The notes under the pieces were generated by a model, which saw only the letters and a program-made list of their open reading frames with translations, was not told the origin of the DNA and made no database searches. The position numbers and the translations under genes were made by a program. 21,928 nucleotides of DNA from Candidatus Methylomirabilia bacterium (lineage in GTDB: Bacteria; Methylomirabilota; Methylomirabilia; Rokubacteriales; CSP1-6), in contig JBGQHJ010000084.1 of the NCBI GenBank assembly GCA_041497895.1, positions 1 through 21,928 of the forward strand. Reading direction: 5' to 3'. Below, in pieces: positions 15,295-21,928 of this stretch (position 1 is the first letter of the stretch; every line of letters starts with the position of its first letter).

Positions 15295-17633
15295 ATGGCT
15301 CTCCGCCCGGTCGACTGGATTCACCCAAGGGGTCATGACGTCGCGGTCCTGTTCAGCCGGCGCAGTCGCGAGGCCTACGCGGCCGAGGCCGCCGCGCGCG
15401 ATGAGATCTACACGTTCACCGACGCCTTGGGACGCCCACGCACCTGGCTCAAAGGGGAATACGCGTATCTCGCCCCGCCGCGGCGAGCGTCTTGCTGGCT
15501 CGCTGCAACCTCAAGCACGACGTCGTGGAGGAGGCCGATTTCACCGACGATCGGCTCGCCGGGTATCGCGCGGTGCTCGTCCCGAACGCGGCGCACCTGG
15601 CGGGCGAGACCATCGAGCGCCTCGATCGCTGGCTGCGCGGCGCCGATCGGCGCCTGATCGTCACGGGCAAGACGAATCTCCCCCCGCCTCTGCTCGGGCT
15701 CACCGCCTCGACACCGACGTCGGTCACCGGCTACACCGGCTGGCGCTGGCCGCCGGGATCGCCCTTCGCGAGCGCGGCCTGGGAGAGTCTCTACGTGAGC
15801 GGCTTCGCCGGCCACGCGATCCAGCGCATCGAGCCCGCCCCGGGCAGCCGCGTCCTGGCCGACCTGGTGGCGCTCAGCGGCGACCTGACCGGTGCCACCA
15901 CCGCGACCGTCACCACCGTGGGGCCGGCCATCGTGCTCACCGACCGGACCGTCTACGTGGCCAACCAGATCTTCGAGCTCCTGGGCGGCATGCTCCAGGC
16001 GCACCTGAACGTGGAGGCGGTTCGTCACTGGGCGAACCCCACCCACTGGGGCGACACCCTGCTGTTCTTTCTGCGCCGTCTTCTGCTGGAGGTCGGGCTC
16101 GATCCGCTGTGGCACACGCGGCTGCGGTCGTTCGGAACCTACGATGGCGTGCTCTCGTTCCGCCACGACGTGCACGGGATGCTCGACTTCACCTTCCTCG
16201 ACTACCAGGTGCAGAACCTCATCCCGGCCAGCTACGACATCGAGGATCCGTCCTTCTCGACCAATATCAGCGAGGCGATGGCCGCCGAATGGGTGGCCCG
16301 CACCAGCCGCCACAGCTTCATCGAGCCGGCGCTCCACAACGACAGCTCGATCGGCGACCCGCCGACCGCCATCCACGGCACGGGGCTGTACGAGCACGTG
16401 CGCAACGCCACCCGGAATCTGGGGTTCGCGGTCTACACCTGTGGTCGGCACGCGGGCGGGCACATGCATCCCGAGACGATCGACGCCATGGACTACCTGT
16501 ACGCGCACGACGCGCGGATGCTCGGGACGTGCACGTTCTGCTACTACCACATGATCGAGTACGGGGTGCGGAACCCGGCCGTCATGGTGGGCGGGCAGAT
16601 CGGCGGCAAGCCGCTCACCTACGTGACCGACGTCCGGCGCACGATCGCCACCCCCGGCATCTGGTTCCCCTTCCACCCCGTGGTCACCACCGACGCGGAG
16701 TGGCGCCCCCTCCGGGGCTGGGACCGCACGCACGAGTTCGACGCGGCCTACGAGCTGGTCGAGACGATCTTCGGGGGCCACAGCGCGCGGGTCGCCGGCG
16801 TCGACGATCACCTGGAAAACGGCGTCTACAGCTTCCAGTACCACCCCGAGCTGGCCCGGGACCCGTCGGTGAACGACGGCAAGGGCTCGCTCGACTACCT
16901 CCGGCACGCGATCGACCTGGCCGAGCGGAGCAACTTCTGGATCGCGACCCAGCGCGAGCTGTACCAGCGCATGGCCGACTACGAGGACCTGGTCTTCCAG
17001 GTGCGAGATGGCGGGCGCGCGGTGACGGTGACGAACCCGACCGCTCGGCGCATCACCGGCATGGTGGTCGAGCAGCGGCACCCCTTCGGCAGCGTCTGGG
17101 ATGGCGACGAGGAGCTGGTCCACGTGGTGCGGGGTGCCTTCGTCACCGTGCCGCCGCTTTCGCCGGGCGCGGCCGTGACCCTCCGCTTCCGCCCGGAGGA
17201 CGCGGAGGCCCCGCTGGTGCGGCAGCCGAGCAACAAGGGGCTGACCATCCTCGACGCCCGCCACGATCCGCGCAGCGGGGAGACCCGCATCCTCGTGGGC
17301 GTGTGTCGCGCGCAGCCGCTCAGCGTCGAAGGCGTCGACCCGGACGGCGTCTACCGGGTCCAGGTGGACGGCGAGCCGGCTCGCCTGTTGCTCCCACGCG
17401 TCACGCGCACCATCCAGGCGCTGCTCAGCAAGCAGGCCACGCGCGCCGCGGCCCTCGGCCTCCGGGCCCAGACGCCCGGCACGCTGCGATTCCTCGACCT
17501 GCTGATCGTGGGCGACGAGGACCGGTTCGTGGAGCGCACCGTCCGAATCAGCCGGCTCGCGGCGGCGGAGGCGGTCGCGGCCAGGGAGGCGATCCGGGCC
17601 GCGATCCCCGCCCGCACCGGACGGGTTACCTAG
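15295..17633 (+). CDS. Uncharacterised ~779-aa protein (GATase-like/trimerisation-type domain, polysaccharide-deacetylase-like barrel, beta-rich C-terminus), interrupted by a 1-nt frameshift near 15473-15476
   Basis: ORFs 15295..15657 and 15492..17633 join as ...KGEYAYLAP/AAASVLLARCNLKHD if one C is added to CCCC. LAGYRAVLVPNAAHL...LIVTG suggests a GATase-like domain. SFRHDVH, LHND, FPFHP, FQYHP and WIATQREL suggest a CE4/NodB-like barrel. Confidence 0.7.
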
Positions 17634-17658
17634 CCGGCCGCCTTTTTCAGCGGCCGGC
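17633..17658. terminator. Hairpin between convergent genes
   Basis: GCCGGCCGC-ctttttca-GCGGCCGGC, a perfect 9-bp stem filling the gap between the two stop codons. Confidence 0.55.
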
Positions 17659-17660
17659 GG

Positions 17661-18389
17661 TCAGCCTCCCAGGTAGTGGGCCCGCACGTCGGGGTTCTCG
17701 AGGAGCGACTGGCCCGTGCCCTCGAAGCGGTTCCGACCCAGCTCGAGCACGAAGCCGCGGTGCGAGATGGCGAGCGCCTGCTTGGCGTTCTGCTCCACCA
17801 TGAGCACGGCGGTGCCCGCGCGGTTGATCGCCACGATGGTCGAGAAGACCAGCTCGACCATGCGCGGGTCGAGGCCCAGCGAGGGCTCGTCGATGAGCAG
17901 GAGCCGCGGGTGGAGCAAGAGCGCGATGGCGATCTCGAGGATCTGCTGCTGGCCGCCCGAGAGCGTGCCGGCGGGTGCCCGGCGCTTGCCCCCGAGCATG
18001 GGGAAGCGCTCCATCAGCGCCTCGATGTCGCGACGCACCCCGGCATCGGTGCGCGTGTAGGCGCCCATCTCGAGGTTCTCCTCCACGCTCATCGCGGGGA
18101 AGTTGCAGCGACCCTGGGGGACGTAGGAGCAGCCGCGGCGGAGCACCGCCACCGGGTTCTCGCCGCCGATCTCCTCCCCCGCGAGCCGGATACTGCCCCG
18201 CGAGGGCTTCACCATGCCGAACACGGTGCGGAGCAGGGTCGACTTCCCGGCGCCGTTGGCGCCGATGATCGACACGATCTCGTCGGCGCGGACGTCCGCG
18301 GAGACCCCGCGGAGCACCTCGATCTCGCCGTAGCCGGCGTGCACGTCCTCGAGGCGAAGCAAAGCCTCGGCGGCCCCCTTACCGTCCAA
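17661..18389 (-). CDS. livF: Branched-chain amino-acid-type ABC ATPase (LivF-like), about 242 aa
   Basis: GANGAGKST, YVPQGR, LSGGQQQ, LLIDEPSLGL, VEQNA, YLGG. Probable TTG start at 18389 overlapping the livG stop. Confidence 0.9.
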   Translation of the reverse strand: MDGKGAAEALLRLEDVHAGYGEIEVLRGVSADVRADEIVSIIGANGAGKSTLLRTVFGMVKPSRGSIRLAGEEIGGENPVAVLRRGCSYVPQGRCNFPAMSVEENLEMGAYTRTDAGVRRDIEALMERFPMLGGKRRAPAGTLSGGQQQILEIAIALLLHPRLLLIDEPSLGLDPRMVELVFSTIVAINRAGTAVLMVEQNAKQALAISHRGFVLELGRNRFEGTGQSLLENPDVRAHYLGG

Positions 18390-19134
18390 AGTAGGCCTCG
18401 ATGACTTTCGGATCACGGCGGACCGCCTCGGGCGCGCCCTCCGCGATCTTCTGGCCATGGTCGAGGACGACGACGCGCTGGGAGATGTCCATGACCACGT
18501 CCATGTTGTGCTCGACCAGCAGCACGGTCTTGCCCTGCCGGTGGAGCGCCCGGATCTGCTCCTTCATCTGGTTGATCATCGTCGGGTTCACCGCGGCGGC
18601 GGGCTCGTCGAGCAGCACGAGCTCCGGATCGGGCATGAGCGCGGCGGCGAAGGCGAGGAGCTTCCGCTGGCCGTAGGACAGGCTGCCCGCGGGGTCGCCC
18701 GCCCGCGCGGCGAGCCCCACCGAGTCGAGCAGGCTCCGGGCCCGCTCGACGGCCGCGGCCTCGAAGCGCCGCACCCGCGGCGCGCGGACCAGGCGGGCCA
18801 GGACGCGCTCCTCCTGATGCTGCTGGAGGAAGGTCAGCAGGTTCTCCAGCGCGGAGAGCCGCGGGAACACGCTCACGAGCTGGAAGGTGCGCCCGACCCC
18901 GAGTCGCGCGATGCGGTGGGCCGCCACGCCGGTGACGTCACGACCATGGAAGAGCACGCGCCCGGCGTCGGGCGCCAGGTAGCCGGTGACACAGTTGAAC
19001 AGCGTCGTCTTGCCCGAGCCGTTCGGGCCGATCAGGCTCACCAGCTCGCCCGCCTCGATGCTCAGATCGACCGCGTCGACGGCGGTGACGCCGAGGAATC
19101 GCTTGGTGAGCCCGCGCATCTCGAAGAGGGGCAT
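18379..19134 (-). CDS. livG: Branched-chain amino-acid-type ABC ATPase (LivG-like), 251 aa
   Basis: GPNGSGKTT, RTFQ, LSYGQRK, LLDEPAA, VEHNM, DPKVIEAYFG. Confidence 0.92.
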   Translation of the reverse strand: MPLFEMRGLTKRFLGVTAVDAVDLSIEAGELVSLIGPNGSGKTTLFNCVTGYLAPDAGRVLFHGRDVTGVAAHRIARLGVGRTFQLVSVFPRLSALENLLTFLQQHQEERVLARLVRAPRVRRFEAAAVERARSLLDSVGLAARAGDPAGSLSYGQRKLLAFAAALMPDPELVLLDEPAAAVNPTMINQMKEQIRALHRQGKTVLLVEHNMDVVMDISQRVVVLDHGQKIAEGAPEAVRRDPKVIEAYFGR

Positions 19135-19136
19135 GG

Positions 19137-20102
19137 CTACACGCCGGACGAGGACGGCCGGCGCCAGAGCGCGGACCGGCGGCGGATGACGCCTTCCAGC
19201 CCGTCGGGGGCGCGGATGATGATGATGAGCAGGAGGAGCCCGTAGATGACCATGCGCCAGGTCGGGGCCATCCGGAGGATCTCGGGTAGCGCGGTGAAGG
19301 CGGCCGCGCCGACCAGCACGCCGCGCAGGCTGCCCACGCCGCCGAGGAAGAGCATCACCAGCAGGTTGACGCTGAGGCTCACCGCCAGCTCACCCGGGCA
19401 CAGGACGCCCACGTAGGAGACGTAGAGCGTGCCGACGCCGCCCGCCACCGCCCCGCCGATGACGAAGGCGAGCATGCGGTATTTCAGCGGATCGATGGAC
19501 GCGGCGGAGGCGAGCGTCTCGTTGTCGCGCACCGCGTGGAAGGCGCGACCCAGGCGGAACGTGGTGAGCCCGTGGTAGAGCAATCCCACCACGCCCACCG
19601 CGGCGAGCCCCATCCAGTAGAACGCGGGCAGCGTGGCGATGCGGAGGGCCCCGAGCTGAGGCTTGGGGATGCCGGTCACGCAGAGCGGCCCGCGCGTGAA
19701 GTCCACCCAGTTGGTGGCCACGATCTGGGTCACGAGGGCGAAGCCGAGGGTCCCCATGGCGAAGCTGTGCTCGGTCAGCCGGAACATGGGCACGCCCAGG
19801 GCGAGGGCGACCAGGCCCGCCATCGCGATGCCCGCCGGGAGCGCGGCGGCGAACGGCCAGCGCGCCTCGGTGGCGAGGAGGGCCGCGGTGTAGGCGCCGA
19901 TGCCGAAGAACGCCGGATGGGCCAGCGAGAGGCTGCCCACGTGGCCGACGACCAGGTCGTAGCTGAGCGCGAGCGCGCCATAGAGTGAGGTGAAGATCAG
20001 GACGTGCAGGACGTACCGCTGCTGGCCGGGCACCGCGGCGGCGACGATCCACGGGACCGCGATGAGGAAGGCCGCCCCGATCGTCCAGCGCACCGCGCGC
20101 AT
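19137..20102 (-). CDS. livM: Branched-chain amino-acid-type ABC permease (LivM-like), 321 aa
   Basis: ATG 20102 (MRAVRW...). GSLSLAHPAFFGIGAY, GRAFHAVRDNE, LGGVGS, LPEILR, PDGL. Confidence 0.9.
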   Translation of the reverse strand: MRAVRWTIGAAFLIAVPWIVAAAVPGQQRYVLHVLIFTSLYGALALSYDLVVGHVGSLSLAHPAFFGIGAYTAALLATEARWPFAAALPAGIAMAGLVALALGVPMFRLTEHSFAMGTLGFALVTQIVATNWVDFTRGPLCVTGIPKPQLGALRIATLPAFYWMGLAAVGVVGLLYHGLTTFRLGRAFHAVRDNETLASAASIDPLKYRMLAFVIGGAVAGGVGTLYVSYVGVLCPGELAVSLSVNLLVMLFLGGVGSLRGVLVGAAAFTALPEILRMAPTWRMVIYGLLLLIIIIRAPDGLEGVIRRRSALWRRPSSSGV

Positions 20103-20104
20103 CG

Positions 20105-20974
20105 TCAGATCCCGATCCGCCGGCCGAAGAGCCCCTGCGGCCTCACGAGCAGGACGGCCACCATGACCACGAACGCGATCGCGTCCTTGTAGGCGTAGGA
20201 GATGTAGCCGGCGGCGAGCGACTCGGCCAGGCCGATGAGGAACGCGGCCGCGATGGCCCCCTTGACAAAGCCAAAGCCGCCCACGATGACGGCCGCGAAC
20301 GCCTTGAGCGTGAGCAGCGCGCCCACGTCCGGGAAGATGTTGAAGAGCGGCGACACGAGGGCGGCGGCGCCCCCCGCGAGCGCCGCCGAGATCCCGAAGG
20401 TGGCCAGGGCCACCCGCTGGACGTCCACGCCCACCACCGCGCACGCCTCCCGGTTCTGGGACATGGCCCGCATGGCCTTCCCGAGCTTGGCGCGGGTCAC
20501 GAACCACTCGAGCCCGGCGAAGATGACCACCGCCGCGGCGAGCACGAGCGGCCGCTGCCAGGCCATCCGGACGCCGCCGATGTCGACGATGGCCGACGAC
20601 AGCTTCGTCGGCACCTCCTTGGGCTGGGTGCCGAAGACGAGAATGGCCAGGTTGGTCAGCGTGATCGACGTGGCGAGCGTGGCGATGAGCTGGACGTGCC
20701 AGGTGCGGGCCAGGATGGTCCGGATCACCGCGCGCTCGTACGCGAGCCCGAACACCCCCATGGCCGCCGCCGCGGCGAGGCCGGCGAGCGGATAGGGTAG
20801 CCCCAGCTCGGCATAGGCGTACCAGAAGGCGTAGCCGCCCAGCATGTAGAACTCGCCGTGGGCGAAGTTGACGAGGCGCACCACCCCGAACATGAGGGCG
20901 AGTCCCGTCGCCACCATGGCGTAGAGCGAGCCCAGGGTGAGGCCGTGGACGAGCTGCTCGAGAAGGTCGCTCAA
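20105..20974 (-). CDS. livH: Branched-chain amino-acid-type ABC permease (LivH-like), 289 aa
   Basis: TTG 20974 (MSDLLEQLVHGLTLGS). NFAHGE, GKAMRA, KAFAAVIVGGFG, RPQGLFG. Confidence 0.9.
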   Translation of the reverse strand: MSDLLEQLVHGLTLGSLYAMVATGLALMFGVVRLVNFAHGEFYMLGGYAFWYAYAELGLPYPLAGLAAAAAMGVFGLAYERAVIRTILARTWHVQLIATLATSITLTNLAILVFGTQPKEVPTKLSSAIVDIGGVRMAWQRPLVLAAAVVIFAGLEWFVTRAKLGKAMRAMSQNREACAVVGVDVQRVALATFGISAALAGGAAALVSPLFNIFPDVGALLTLKAFAAVIVGGFGFVKGAIAAAFLIGLAESLAAGYISYAYKDAIAFVVMVAVLLVRPQGLFGRRIGI

Positions 20975-20982
20975 GCGCCCGG

Positions 20983-21928
20983 CTACGGCTGGATCGTGAT
21001 CTTCTCCAGGATCTTGAGCTGCCCGCCGTTGATCTCGACCAGGAGCATGTTGATGAAGGCCTGGTGCGTGTCGTCGAAGCGGATCCGCCCCACCGGCGTG
21101 CTCGCCACGTCGAGCTCCTCGAGCGCGTCGCGGATCGCCTTGCGGTCGGCCCGCCCGGTCTTCTTGATGGCCTGCTCGATGGCGGGCGCCACCGCGTAGC
21201 GGAACGCGATGGCGGCGAGGCTGCCGTGGACGCGGACGGGCACCTTCCACCGCTCGAGCCACTGCTTCTCCCACGCCGGGTCGAGCGCGGGGGTCCAGTA
21301 GGTGGCCTCGACCAGGCCGTCGGCGATATTGGGGCTGTCCTTCACCTGGTACAGGAACTCGACGGTGGCCATGCTGCCCCGCGCGTAGAGCTTCTGGGTC
21401 AGGCCGATCTCCCGGAACTGGCGCATGAACACGCTGCCCTCGCTGGCCAGCATGACGAGCAGCACCGCCTCCGGATTGGCCCGCTTCACGCGGGTGAGCA
21501 CGGGGCGGTAGTCGGCCTGGCCCCGATCGAAGAACTCGGTGCTCACCAGCTTGATCCCGTACTTCTTGAAGGCGACGTCGTAGGCCGCGGCGGCCCCGCG
21601 CCCGAAGTCGTCGTTCTGGGCGAAGATCGACACCGACTTCGTCGACTGGCTCATGAAGCGGGCGAACTGGTTGGCCAGCATCACGTCGTCGGGGTTGACC
21701 CGGAACGCCCACTCGTTGACCGTCTTGCCGATCAGCTCGCGGATCTTCGGGTGGCTGCACGCCTCGATCACCATCGGCACCTGCAGCTCCTTGACCACCG
21801 GCAGCGCGCCCAGGCAGGCGCCGCTGTGAGTCTGGCCGATGATCACGTCGACCTTGTCGACGTCGACGAGCTTGCGCACCGCGCTCACCGCCTCGCCCGG
21901 GGTGCCCGCGTTGTCCCCGAAGTGGAGC
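20983..21928 (-). CDS. ABC substrate-binding protein (LivJ/K-like, Peripla_BP_6); 5' end lies outside the window
   Basis: Frame stays open to the window edge (LHFGDNAGTPGEAVSAVRKL...). IIGQTHSG, FRVNPDD, NDDFGRG, DYRPVL, TPVGRIRFD. Confidence 0.9.
   Translation of the reverse strand, partial: LHFGDNAGTPGEAVSAVRKLVDVDKVDVIIGQTHSGACLGALPVVKELQVPMVIEACSHPKIRELIGKTVNEWAFRVNPDDVMLANQFARFMSQSTKSVSIFAQNDDFGRGAAAAYDVAFKKYGIKLVSTEFFDRGQADYRPVLTRVKRANPEAVLLVMLASEGSVFMRQFREIGLTQKLYARGSMATVEFLYQVKDSPNIADGLVEATYWTPALDPAWEKQWLERWKVPVRVHGSLAAIAFRYAVAPAIEQAIKKTGRADRKAIRDALEELDVASTPVGRIRFDDTHQAFINMLLVEINGGQLKILEKITIQP

Noticed and set aside
341..17803. Many long antisense or alternate-frame ORFs (e.g. 341..1663, 1729..4008, 5903..7519, 11142..12689, 15215..17803, 15408..17264)
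   Set aside because: They are shadows of real genes in high-GC DNA where stop codons are scarce; they are Arg/Gly/Pro-rich or antisense-typical with no family motifs.
1..21928. CRISPR arrays, tRNA/rRNA, IS elements, integrases, defence systems, RiPP precursors
   Set aside because: I saw no spaced repeats, RNA gene signatures or diagnostic protein motifs by eye, and the intergenic gaps are mostly too short.

Overview
High-GC bacterial window, densely coding and accessory/catabolic in character. The gene mix (several Amidohydro_2 enzymes, LLM oxidoreductase, NIPSNAP, VOC, DinB, HemL-like aminotransferase, peptide and branched-chain amino-acid ABC importers) resembles Candidatus Rokubacteria or similar soil lineages; this is inference only. 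Layout: (-) partial LLM oxidoreductase and a Tat-signal amidohydrolase; (+) a 7-gene operon (two amidohydrolases, SRPBCC, NIPSNAP, VOC, DinB, class-III aminotransferase); (-) peptide/nickel ABC binding protein and two permeases with no ATPase; (+) secreted Cys-type sulfatase; a scrambled ~350-bp patch holding a frameshifted small ORF and the 3' remnant of a DUF4185-like gene; (-) beta-decarboxylating dehydrogenase plus an atypical Gfo/Idh/MocA oxidoreductase; (+) a probably leaderless ~779-aa uncharacterised deacetylase-like gene split by a 1-nt frameshift; (-) a liv-type ABC transporter with a partial binding protein. I saw no rRNA, tRNA, CRISPR array, transposase or integrase. No clearly defined new system can be proven from the sequence alone. 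The best leads are the frameshifted 779-aa protein, the amidohydrolase operon and the 12.8-13.1 kb junction.
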